This document shows, one piece after another, positions 22,201 to 30,924 of a DNA stretch of 64,000 nt (position 1 is the stretch's first letter; the number at the start of each line of letters is the position of its first letter). Origin of the DNA: a virus. Both the position numbers and the translations under genes were made by a program. Where the stretch lies: positions 4,494 through 68,493 of IMG/VR virus record IMGVR_UViG_3300008110_000322. One strand, given 5' to 3'. Below the pieces are notes generated by a model, which saw only the letters and a list, made by a program, of their open reading frames with translations, made no database searches and had not been told where the DNA came from.

Positions 22201-23510
22201 AGCATAATGTAGATACCTACAATAGCAGAAGACTAACCGATCAAATTGATATCAGACCAAGAGTAGCCCCTTATACTGGCGGCACCAAATCTCCATTTGA
22301 GTTTGCGGCAAGAAGCTTCGCTTCAGATGGACAATATTCAAGATACCTATTAGCTCCCGGCGAGAATATTAATGTATCCTACTCCTATTATTTGGGCAGA
22401 ATTGATAAAGTCCTTCTAAATTCAGATGGCACTTTTGAAGTATCTCAGGGTATCCCATCAGATGATCCAATAGAGCCATCAATTAAAGAAAATACTCTAG
22501 ACATTGCTACAATTCTAGTTCCTCCTTATGTTTATGATGTTAACAGTGTTGAAGTTGACATGGCTAAGCATAAGCGATATAGAATGGAAGATATCGCTAT
22601 TCTTGAAGATAGAATTCAAAGAGTTGAGGAATTTACCACTTTATCTGCTCTTGAGGCTAAAACAGAGAACTTTACGATTAAAGATGCAGAAACTGGCCTA
22701 GATCGGTTTAAGTGCGGATTCTTTGTAGATAATTTTAGCAGTCATGAATACCATGATCTACAGAACCCAAGTTATAGGGCAGCTATTGATACTAGCACCA
22801 ATACACTGAGACCACCACATTATACTACATCCATTGATCTTCAGTTAGGTTCTGAGTCTATTGCCGGTATTGCGCAAACATTCTCTCCTAACTCCGATCA
22901 CAGTTATGTTAGTGACCTAGGTTCACTTGGAGTTAAGAAAACTGGTGATTTAATCACTCTGAACTATGACGAGGTTCTTTACTTTGAGCAACCTTACGCA
23001 ACTAAGACCGAAAGTGTTACCCCTTTCTTAGTTCGCTATTGGACTGGTAGTATTGAGTTAAATCCTCCTTTAGATAGTTGGATCTCAGAGTCTACTGTAA
23101 CCACTGTCACTCAATCTGGCATTCCTAGTTTTGATTGGATTCAAAATGCTAGAAATATTCTGTCTGGTACTAAAAAAATTGCTGGTATTAAGGTTGGAAA
23201 GAATTTAGTTTCTAGGGTAAAAGTTGATAGAAAGCGGCCCTCTCAACCTATCGTAAAAACTAGCGGTATTGTTGATGGCACGACCATTAGACTTGGCGTT
23301 AAAGTAAGACAGTTCCTAAAAAATAGAGGAGGTAGAGCAGATAGAAATATTGCTCTGATTAACCAGCTATTCCCACCAGAAGTTGCAAGCCAGTTTATTA
23401 CTCAGATTAGAGCTGCAAGAAAAAATAGAAGACTTGCTATTGAGTTTACCCCAGGCGCACCCATAGATGGGTCAACTACACTTCAACTGTTATTATTCCA
23501 CCAGAGGTAA
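19224..23510 (+). CDS. VrlC-like (DUF4815-type) virion structural protein, N-terminal part
   Basis: NLNTTPYNDDFD..YYKVLF..PVQARELTTLQSILQNQ, APGADRLKI and RFKCGFFVDNF motifs; frame ends prematurely. Confidence 0.85.
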   Translation: MPQEINLNTTPYNDDFDADKGYYKVLFNPSRPVQARELTTLQSILQNQVEQFGRHVFKEGSLVIPGQLRYDNPIYSVEIESSFNGVPVSLYLNQLVGKKVRGSNSGVTAEIFSVITDIESERNNYTIYVKFLESGGADFDTKIFSDGETLILETPLTYANLTLQAGQGVVNTIGTNAVGKASSVSIAEGVYFVRGYFVKVFPQTILLDQYGVNPSYKVGFDVIETIVTADEDASLYDNAQEFSNYTAPGADRLKIDLILTKKPLDDLATDSFVEILRLENGSPQFFEKTPQYNIIRDELAKRTFDSDGNYFVKPFSLFVRDSLNDRVLNNGIYFSNQTTVNGNTPSEDQMVYQIGPGKAYVNGYDVETISARLIDVPKTRTTKTVSNQVVSYNAGTLFKINRVYGSPVIGLGTTAVVSLMDSRIGATDHVSVGTTIGLARVYDFIPESDFVDDTSRVNLRLFDIETYTNIGLNTSFSTTVSESTFIKGQRSNATGFVKTSVGAGTTTLTLYGVDGTFLENESVIIDGIENGRLIKYVKDYSLDDVKSVYAVSGITTFNADLLLDTKSYIASPGTTFQITGRNAGISTVSAGLQNTFNTVIKPGDIISYTGTNYATDPVYNRVVSVSLGGTNFTIAGITTVPGVCDGVLPASTIEVNNVIRISPTVFSQNSSLLTELPAANIVSLNLENNVVTQRRLFANNTVTGSTVSITIDAADTDVFFSSFDEDRFVITYADGSIEPMREDKYSLSANGKILTFYGLTKATGTCNIIATVDNLKPNSKQKKFNKVSTLTISNSKLAASGIGTTTLNDGLTYSTVYGTRVQDEEICLNVPDVVRVLAVYESYDTSAPSLPYLQLNSFSGTTNSILDFVVGEQIVGSNSGAVAIIVARKDSNKLEYVYLNTFQFIENEAIVGSESATVANIELKSPSSKNVTQNYLFDNGQRDTFYDYSRIIRKKNITEPTKSLRIVFQSYEISSTDTGEFVTANSYTAADFKHNVDTYNSRRLTDQIDIRPRVAPYTGGTKSPFEFAARSFASDGQYSRYLLAPGENINVSYSYYLGRIDKVLLNSDGTFEVSQGIPSDDPIEPSIKENTLDIATILVPPYVYDVNSVEVDMAKHKRYRMEDIAILEDRIQRVEEFTTLSALEAKTENFTIKDAETGLDRFKCGFFVDNFSSHEYHDLQNPSYRAAIDTSTNTLRPPHYTTSIDLQLGSESIAGIAQTFSPNSDHSYVSDLGSLGVKKTGDLITLNYDEVLYFEQPYATKTESVTPFLVRYWTGSIELNPPLDSWISESTVTTVTQSGIPSFDWIQNARNILSGTKKIAGIKVGKNLVSRVKVDRKRPSQPIVKTSGIVDGTTIRLGVKVRQFLKNRGGRADRNIALINQLFPPEVASQFITQIRAARKNRRLAIEFTPGAPIDGSTTLQLLLFHQR

Positions 23511-26500
23511 TAACTACCGATACTACCACCGAATCTATTTCAAACTATGTTGAACCAATTAGATATCTAAGAAGCAGAAATATTGAGTTTGATGTTAAGG
23601 GCCTAAGGCCAGTAACTAAGTTTTATTCATTCTTTGAGGGTATTGACGTAAATCAGTACATAGTACCCAAGCTATTGGAAATTGAGATGGTTTCTGGTAG
23701 ATTCCAGATCGGAGAAACGATTGAAAGCGACCCACTGTTCACTACACACAAGATTCGTTTCAGAGCCTGCTCACCAAACCACAAGACTGGACCACATAAT
23801 GCACCAAATGAAGTATTCAGGCTAATTCCATTCAATCAGCAACCACCCCCTTCTGATTATAGTGAAACTTCAACTTATGTAAACATTGACACCAGAGCCC
23901 TACAGTTAAACTCTGAGACTGAATTCTATGGTTCTATCGCCCCCAATATGCAACTTATTGGTAAGTCATCCGGGGCTATTGCTAGAATTAAAACTATTCG
24001 TCTAGTTTCTGATAACAGCGGCAGATTGATTGGATCTTTGTTTATTCCTAATCCAGATGTAGTCGGTAATCCTAAGTGGATTAACGGCGAAAATACCTTT
24101 ACTGTTATTGACGTTCCTACTCTTGATAACGTACTTCCTTATGAGTTTGTTTCAAACTCTAGATTTAATGAGAGTTCTGCTGAGGCTGAATTTGCATCTT
24201 CTGGTGTATCAAATGTAACCGAAGTTAACATCCTCACTACAAGAAATGTTACTATTATTCCTTCAAGAACGGTAAGAACCACTACAATTACCAATACCAC
24301 AACGACAACCCCAACATCTACTCCACAAAATCAGGTTCGTATCTGGGAATATAGAGATCCTATTGCACAATCCTTCTTTGTTCAGGATGAAAATGGTATA
24401 TTCATCACTTCAATTGATGTATTCTTTGAGACTGTTGATGATTCTATCCCAGTAACACTCCAGATTCGTCCAATGTCCGGTGGTGTACCTAGCAACGTAG
24501 TTGTTCCCCTTTCTGAAGTAACTCTAGATCCAAGTCAGATTCAAACTTCTGTTGATGCTAGTGTTCCAACCAGATTCACCTTCCCATCACCAGTCTATCT
24601 CAGCGGCCCACAGCAAGTTGAAGTAAGACAAGCTCCAATTGGCAGCCAACAAACCTCCGAATTTGCGGTTGTACTGCTCAGCAATTCACCACAGTATAGA
24701 GTCTTCATTGCCGAACTTGGCTTCAATGACATTCAGACTGGAATTAAGATTTCACAACAGCCGACTCTAGGTAGTTTGTTTAAGTCACAGAACGGTTCTA
24801 CTTGGACACCTTCACAGCTTGAAGATCTGAAGTATAGAATCAATAGGGCCGAATTCGTTGAGGAAGGTCTAGTAAGATTCTTTAATCCCAATCTTGGAAT
24901 TAAGAACAGAAAGGTCTCAGTTACTGGATCCAACCAAATTGTTGCCCTTTCTAAGAAAGTAGTTGTTGGATTAGGTTCTACTGGATATCTCCCACAGATT
25001 GTACCCGGTGTTGATCTTTATCAAGATTCAGCATCTGGAACACTCGTCGGTATCGCAGGTAGTATTGCTACTGGAACTTCTGGTGTCATTATCTCCAACC
25101 CTGGCTCAAACTATGAGAACGGAACCTACAACAACCAGTCATTGATTACCAATACTGGATATGGTAAGGATGCCACTGCAAACATCACTGTAAGCGGTAA
25201 CATTGTGTCAACCGTCTCTATTGTTTCTGGCGGCACTGGTTATCAGAATGGTGATACTCTTTATATTCCAAGTCTGGGTAATGGTCTAGGTACGGGTGCT
25301 GAAATCACTGTATCTTCAACCACATCCAACAATACTTTTGTTATTGATAATGTTCAGGGTTCATTTACTGTTGGTATGTCTACCATCAGTTATAAGAACT
25401 CTTCAGGTATTATAACTACGGTTGGTGCGGCTGTTACCGCTGCCTCAGTGACTAATGATCAATACTACACCGGCAGGCACCTAAAGATCTATCAGGTAAA
25501 CCATGGTATGCATTCTACAGAAAACTTTGTTTCTGTGTCCAATGTAAGACCAACTAGAGAAGAAACTAACTCTAAGCTTTCTACTCCTATTACATCAAAC
25601 TCTACCTCAATTCCATTGGTGTCAACTTCAGGATTTGAGACTTTTGAAAACCTAACCGTAGATGGAACAAATCTAGGTTATGTTATTATCGGTGATGAAG
25701 TCATCTCTTACACTGGTATTGCCAATAATGCTCTTACTGGAGTTACTGGTATTACCCGCACTTATGAAGCTAACACCTCTGTTTATAAGTATGAATTCAA
25801 TGGAATTTCATTGAACAGAATCAACAAAACTCACAATTTTGCTGATGTTGGAGCCTCCCATCCTATTGATCTTAACAGCTATTTCATTAAGTTGGAAACT
25901 GCTGCAGTCTCCTATGATGGAGTAACTATTGGCAAAAACCGTCCTGACCTTTATTTCAACTCAACCAAGCAGACTGGCGAAAGCGGTGCCATATTGAGCA
26001 GCAATGTTCAATACGAGGCCCTCACACCTAACGTCGCTACGATTGTTCCTTCCAGAACAAACCTGTCAACTAGAGTAAGAACCTTTACTGGTACAAGTAT
26101 CGGTGGTAATGAGAAGTCATTTATGGATGATGGTTACATTGATATTACTCTTGATGATACCACATATTTTGCAACTCCAAAACTCGTTTGCTCTAAGGTA
26201 AACGAAGAAGCCTTCATCACCGAATCCCCAGGTAATAGATCACTTACCATGGAATTCTTGATGCAGACGAATGATTCCAAGGTATCACCAGTAATTGATA
26301 CAATTTCAACTTCAGTAATCCTAACTTCTAACTTGATTAACAATCCCGTTGGTATTGAAGCAAATTCAAATTATGCCAATGATGAAAGAGTTAGAAGCTT
26401 GCTCAATGATCCACATTCCGTGGTCTACATTTCCAAGCCTATTGCTCTAAAACTACCTGCAAACTCCATCAAGGTTATTCTGTCTGCTAGCAGAAACGAA

Positions 26501-26830
26501 ACAAACGACATTAGAGTTCTATATCAACTCTTTAGAGAAGATTCTCCAAATGCTTCTAATAACTTTGAACTATTCCCCGGTTATTCTAACTATCAAGTAG
26601 ATGGTCAAGGCATCAAGAGAGTTATTGATACTTCCTTGAATGATGGCAGTGCTGATACTTTCGTAAGACAAACCTCTGATAGGTCATTCAGAGAGTATGA
26701 ATATTCGGTTGATGATCTCCCTGAGTTTACTGGCTATGCCATCAAGATCGTCATGGCGGGCAGCAATCAAGCTACTCCACCAATTATCAAAGACCTAAGA
26801 GCCATCGCAACCATTAAACCAAAAGTATGA
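23480..26830 (+). CDS. VrlC-like protein, C-terminal part (in -1 frame)
   Basis: Frame is open from 23444 and reads TSTVIIPPEV...YLRSRNIEFDVKGLRPVTKFYSFFEG upstream of the track start at 23675; DPIAQSF, GSLFKSQNGSTW and IKDLRAIA motifs. Confidence 0.8.
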   Translation, partial: TSTVIIPPEVITTDTTTESISNYVEPIRYLRSRNIEFDVKGLRPVTKFYSFFEGIDVNQYIVPKLLEIEMVSGRFQIGETIESDPLFTTHKIRFRACSPNHKTGPHNAPNEVFRLIPFNQQPPPSDYSETSTYVNIDTRALQLNSETEFYGSIAPNMQLIGKSSGAIARIKTIRLVSDNSGRLIGSLFIPNPDVVGNPKWINGENTFTVIDVPTLDNVLPYEFVSNSRFNESSAEAEFASSGVSNVTEVNILTTRNVTIIPSRTVRTTTITNTTTTTPTSTPQNQVRIWEYRDPIAQSFFVQDENGIFITSIDVFFETVDDSIPVTLQIRPMSGGVPSNVVVPLSEVTLDPSQIQTSVDASVPTRFTFPSPVYLSGPQQVEVRQAPIGSQQTSEFAVVLLSNSPQYRVFIAELGFNDIQTGIKISQQPTLGSLFKSQNGSTWTPSQLEDLKYRINRAEFVEEGLVRFFNPNLGIKNRKVSVTGSNQIVALSKKVVVGLGSTGYLPQIVPGVDLYQDSASGTLVGIAGSIATGTSGVIISNPGSNYENGTYNNQSLITNTGYGKDATANITVSGNIVSTVSIVSGGTGYQNGDTLYIPSLGNGLGTGAEITVSSTTSNNTFVIDNVQGSFTVGMSTISYKNSSGIITTVGAAVTAASVTNDQYYTGRHLKIYQVNHGMHSTENFVSVSNVRPTREETNSKLSTPITSNSTSIPLVSTSGFETFENLTVDGTNLGYVIIGDEVISYTGIANNALTGVTGITRTYEANTSVYKYEFNGISLNRINKTHNFADVGASHPIDLNSYFIKLETAAVSYDGVTIGKNRPDLYFNSTKQTGESGAILSSNVQYEALTPNVATIVPSRTNLSTRVRTFTGTSIGGNEKSFMDDGYIDITLDDTTYFATPKLVCSKVNEEAFITESPGNRSLTMEFLMQTNDSKVSPVIDTISTSVILTSNLINNPVGIEANSNYANDERVRSLLNDPHSVVYISKPIALKLPANSIKVILSASRNETNDIRVLYQLFREDSPNASNNFELFPGYSNYQVDGQGIKRVIDTSLNDGSADTFVRQTSDRSFREYEYSVDDLPEFTGYAIKIVMAGSNQATPPIIKDLRAIATIKPKV

Positions 26831-27057
26831 CCTACATCAAAGTAAAAGACAAGAATCACCTTGAGCGTGATAAGTTCAGTAATGCAATCGTCAACACTGA
26901 CGTTGAAAATTACGAGAAGTACCTTGAAACTTATAGACAAAAGTACAGTGAAAAGCAAAAAATTACTAACTTAGAGAACGAAATGAATGTCATAAAGAAT
27001 GATCTAAGTGAAATAAAAAATCTCCTTGTCTCTCTTATTAAAAATGAATCATACTGA
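26827..27057 (+). CDS. small coiled-coil protein typical of this locus
   Basis: YIKVKDKNHLERDKFSNAIVNTD plus C-terminal heptads; ATGA overlap with the upstream gene. Confidence 0.75.
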   Translation: MTYIKVKDKNHLERDKFSNAIVNTDVENYEKYLETYRQKYSEKQKITNLENEMNVIKNDLSEIKNLLVSLIKNESY

Positions 27058-27208
27058 TATTAAAATAGAATCTATGTCTAGATCCTTTGAATTTGAAAAA
27101 CTTTCAAGGGATATTGATACTATAGATAATATAGTGGAACTAAGAAATCTATCTAAGTATTTTCTTAAATTATATCTTAAACAACAAGAAGTTATTTCTA
27201 CGATATAA
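27044..27208 (+). CDS. 54-aa helical protein, possibly NblA-like
   Basis: MNHTDIKIESMSRSFEFEKLSRDIDTIDNIVELRNLSKYFLKLYLKQQEVISTI*; abuts the g13 ATG; ORF is credible, function tentative. Confidence 0.6.
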   Translation: MNHTDIKIESMSRSFEFEKLSRDIDTIDNIVELRNLSKYFLKLYLKQQEVISTI

Positions 27209-28027
27209 ATGGCTAAACCATCAACAAGACAAGGATTAATTGATTACTGCCTAAGGAAATTGGGCGCCCCCGTGCTGGAGATTAACGTTGCACAGGAACA
27301 ATTAGAAGATTGTCTTGATGATGCAGTCCAATTATTTCAAGAGCGTCACTTTGATGGAGTTACGCAGACTTACCTAAAGTATAAAATTACACAAGCTGAT
27401 ATTGATCAGGCCCGAGGTAAGTCAAATGTTGGCATAACCACGGTCACGGGAACCTATAAGAACTTCCAATTTGAAGAAAATGGAAGTTATCTGCAGATCC
27501 CAGATTCCGTTATTGGTATTAACAGAATCTTCAAGTTTAGTGGAGTTAACAACATCTCCAGCAATATGTTCAGTATTAAATATCAGTTATTCCTTAATGA
27601 TGTTTATTACTGGGGCTCAATGGAGCTATTGACTTATACTATGACGATGAGATACTTGGAAGATATTGACTGGATCTTGAATACTGAAAAGCAAGTGCGC
27701 TTCAATAAAAGAGACGATAAGCTCTACATTGATGTAGACTGGAATTATGTTGATCCAGATTCTTACATTATTATTGACTGTTATCGCGCTCTAGACCCGG
27801 CACAGTCCAGTAAAGTATGGAATGATTCTTTCCTTAAGCGGTATCTTACTGCCCTAATTAAGCGACAATGGGGACAGAATTTGCTTAAATTCCGTGGTAT
27901 GAAGATGCCAGGGGGTATTGAGTTGAATGGTCGTGAACTTTATGATGATGCTCAAAGAGAAATTGACATGATCCAGCAAAGAATGAGCATGGATTATGAA
28001 GAGATGCCTCTTGATTTGATTGGGTGA
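27209..28027 (+). CDS. g13: neck protein gp13
   Basis: LIDYCLRKLGAPVLEINV and KRQWGQNLLKF..PGGIELNG motifs. Confidence 0.95.
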   Translation: MAKPSTRQGLIDYCLRKLGAPVLEINVAQEQLEDCLDDAVQLFQERHFDGVTQTYLKYKITQADIDQARGKSNVGITTVTGTYKNFQFEENGSYLQIPDSVIGINRIFKFSGVNNISSNMFSIKYQLFLNDVYYWGSMELLTYTMTMRYLEDIDWILNTEKQVRFNKRDDKLYIDVDWNYVDPDSYIIIDCYRALDPAQSSKVWNDSFLKRYLTALIKRQWGQNLLKFRGMKMPGGIELNGRELYDDAQREIDMIQQRMSMDYEEMPLDLIG

Positions 28028-28032
28028 TCTAA

Positions 28033-29439
28033 ATGTTAAATCCATTCTTCCTCAACGGCTCCGAAACTGAACAGGGGCTACTACAAAGTCTCATTAACGA
28101 GTCCATTGGTATTCATGGAATTGATGTTTATTACATCCCAAGGGAATACATAACCAAAAGAACTGTTATCCGAGAAGTAATAGAATCTAAGTTTTCTGTT
28201 GCCCTGCCTATTGAAGCCTATGTTGATACCTATGAAGGCTACGAAGGTGTTGGAACTCTACTCTCTAAGTTTGGTATTCAACAGATCAACGATTTAACTA
28301 TCACGATCTCAAAAGAAAGATACGAAAATTATATTGCTCCACTGATCCAAGAAATTCCTAAAATTGAGTTATCAGCTAGACCCAAAGAGGGAGATCTAAT
28401 TTACTTTCCACTAGGAGATAGACTATTTGAAATCAAATATGTTGAACATGAGAATCCTTTCTATCAGCTAAAGAGAACTTATGTTTATACCTTAAGGTGT
28501 GAATTGTTCAGATATCAAGACGAAATTATTGAGACAGGATTAGACTTCATTGACAACAATGTAGTTGATCAAGGATTTGTTGAAATCTATAGAATGGTTG
28601 GTATTGGCTCAACCGCAACCGCAACTGCAACTATTGTTAATGGTGGCGTCCGCAGTGTTACTATCATAAACCGTGGTGATGGATACACTAGGGCACCCGA
28701 CGTTGGCTTTACTACCGCTCCTGCTGGCGGATTGACTGCCGTTGGTGTTGCCACAATGATTGGCGGAATTGTTGATCTATGTGAACCTGATAACCAGCTA
28801 TTCAGGGTTCAAGGTGTTGATATTGTTAATGCTGGTTTTGGGTATACAGTACCACCAACAGTAGCTTTCTATGGTGGCGGGGGTGCTGGTGCAGTAGGTA
28901 TTGCTAGCATAGGAAATGGAATTGTTGGAGTTATTACAGTTACAAGTCAAGGTAGTGGTTATGTTGAAGCTCCTTCAATCACATTTACTGGTATTTCTTC
29001 AGTATCAGCAGCAGCCACGGCTATTGTTCAGAACGGTAGAATCACTGCTATTAGAATAACTAATGCTGGCTTGGGTTACACTGCTGTACCCACAATTACT
29101 ATTTCAAGTCCATATATGATCGGTTTTGGTACCTTCCAGTTTAACGAAGAGGTTGTAGGTAGTGTTACTGGCGCAACAGCCAGGGTAAGAAAGTGGGATG
29201 CCACGACTAATACTCTAGAGGTATCCAGTGCATCCTCACCATTTGCGCCAGGTGAGATCTTGATTGGAAGAACGTCAAGCGCAACTTACAAAGTTCTAGG
29301 CAACTTCGGTAACCTAACTAATGAGCAACTAGAGGAAGAAGGATTTGAAACTCAGTATTTCTATCAGAATGTAGATATTCAGGTAGAAGCCAATAAAATT
29401 CTTGATTTTTCAGAGAGCAACCCATTCGGTAATCCATAA
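28033..29439 (+). CDS. g14: neck protein gp14 with C-terminal extension
   Basis: EQGLLQSLINESI.IHGIDVYYIPR, RPKEGDLIYFP and ILDFSESNPFG motifs. Confidence 0.93.
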   Translation: MLNPFFLNGSETEQGLLQSLINESIGIHGIDVYYIPREYITKRTVIREVIESKFSVALPIEAYVDTYEGYEGVGTLLSKFGIQQINDLTITISKERYENYIAPLIQEIPKIELSARPKEGDLIYFPLGDRLFEIKYVEHENPFYQLKRTYVYTLRCELFRYQDEIIETGLDFIDNNVVDQGFVEIYRMVGIGSTATATATIVNGGVRSVTIINRGDGYTRAPDVGFTTAPAGGLTAVGVATMIGGIVDLCEPDNQLFRVQGVDIVNAGFGYTVPPTVAFYGGGGAGAVGIASIGNGIVGVITVTSQGSGYVEAPSITFTGISSVSAAATAIVQNGRITAIRITNAGLGYTAVPTITISSPYMIGFGTFQFNEEVVGSVTGATARVRKWDATTNTLEVSSASSPFAPGEILIGRTSSATYKVLGNFGNLTNEQLEEEGFETQYFYQNVDIQVEANKILDFSESNPFGNP

Positions 29440-30446
29440 TGTTTGAGCACTTTTACTACGAAATTATTAGAAAAACTATCACCGCTTTTGGTGCTCTGTT
29501 CAATAATATCTACATTAAACATAAAAACAATGAGGGTGAGGTTGTTTCAACAATCAAGGTGCCTATTGCTTACGGGCCTACTCAGAAGTTCCTTGCTCGT
29601 TTAAAGGAATCTCCTGACCTCAATAAGCCCATTCAGGTAACGACTCCAAGAATGTCAATGGAGATCATTGCGCTGTCTTATAATGCCCAGAACAAGGGAG
29701 TTCAAACTCAATCATTTATTGCACGGGATGATAACGGAAAGCCAAGAAAATCATATCTGCCAGTTCCTTATACATTAAATCTGGAATTGAGCATCTTCAC
29801 TAAACTAGAAGATGATATGCTCCAGATCGTAGAGCAAATTTTGCCATACTTCCAACCTTCTTACGTCGTAACAATTACGGTTGTGGATGAAATTAATGAG
29901 AAAAGAGACATTCCTTTTACTCTTGATAACATCACAATGACTGATAATTATGAAGGCAACTTTGATGAAAGAAGGGCCCTGATCTGGACTCTTAAATTCA
30001 GTGCTCAAATTTACTTCTTTATTCCCATTTCTTCTGCTAATGCCACCGATAGTGAGATTATCAAGAAAGTATCACTTGGATTCGTTGCTGGAGACACTTC
30101 AGGAGATAATCCATTCAAAGATGTTACTTACTCTGTAACACCAACAGCAACAAGGAATTATACAGGTACAGTTGTTACTACTGTTGCTGTGGATGCAGAT
30201 GACGAAACCGTATTCTTACAGTTAACCGATGCGACCAACATCACAGAAAGATCTTTCATTAGCATTAACGATGAAACAATGTATGTTGAGAACATAGATA
30301 ATGATGAAATAACTGTTATCCGAGGAATCTACGGTACTACTGCAAAGACTCATATTGCAGGTAGTGATGTAAAAAATATTACTACCGTTGATAATAATTT
30401 AATTGTCTATGGTGACAGTTTTAGCTTTCAGGGAGAACTTATTTAA
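29439..30446 (+). CDS. g15: tail sheath stabilizer/terminator gp15
   Basis: FGALFNNI, KVPIAYGPTQKFLARL and QIVEQILPYFQP motifs. Confidence 0.93.
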   Translation: MFEHFYYEIIRKTITAFGALFNNIYIKHKNNEGEVVSTIKVPIAYGPTQKFLARLKESPDLNKPIQVTTPRMSMEIIALSYNAQNKGVQTQSFIARDDNGKPRKSYLPVPYTLNLELSIFTKLEDDMLQIVEQILPYFQPSYVVTITVVDEINEKRDIPFTLDNITMTDNYEGNFDERRALIWTLKFSAQIYFFIPISSANATDSEIIKKVSLGFVAGDTSGDNPFKDVTYSVTPTATRNYTGTVVTTVAVDADDETVFLQLTDATNITERSFISINDETMYVENIDNDEITVIRGIYGTTAKTHIAGSDVKNITTVDNNLIVYGDSFSFQGELI

Positions 30447-30901
30447 TGGCAGCTAAGAAATTTGATGCACTCAATGAGACATTTAATGTTGCATCTGAAC
30501 CTATTTCCGTTGAAATTGAAAAGAAGCAAGAAGTTTCTATTGAAAAAGTAGATCAGGCGGTTATTGATCTTGAAAAAGATTATACCTATGCCAGAGCTAC
30601 AATGACCAGCATTATTGACAAAGGTAGGGAGGCTCTGGATAATATTTTAGAGCTTGCGCAAGAAACTGATTCGGCAAGAGCTTATGAGGTTGTAGGGCAA
30701 TTAATTGATAAGGTTACAAATAGTACCGAAAAACTCCTAGATCTTCACAAAAAGATGAAGGAAATAAAAGATATTGAAAGCAATAACGGCCCAACTAATG
30801 TAACTAATAATGCTATGTTCTTTGGTAGTACGTCTGAGGCCATAAAAATGATTAAGGAACAAATGAAGAACCTTAACATAGCCGAAGAAACCGATAAATA
30901 A
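30446..30901 (+). CDS. g16: terminase small subunit gp16
   Basis: DYTYARA..., ARAYEVVGQLI and TNNAMFFGSTSE motifs. Confidence 0.92.
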   Translation: MAAKKFDALNETFNVASEPISVEIEKKQEVSIEKVDQAVIDLEKDYTYARATMTSIIDKGREALDNILELAQETDSARAYEVVGQLIDKVTNSTEKLLDLHKKMKEIKDIESNNGPTNVTNNAMFFGSTSEAIKMIKEQMKNLNIAEETDK

Positions 30902-30924
30902 GTTATACTTAGAAAATACATTAA

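Noticed and set aside
23675-23700. Independent TTG start for the 1051-aa ORF
   Set aside because: Family-typical coding sequence continues ~65 codons upstream in the same frame and no RBS is evident; it is the tail of the frameshifted gene
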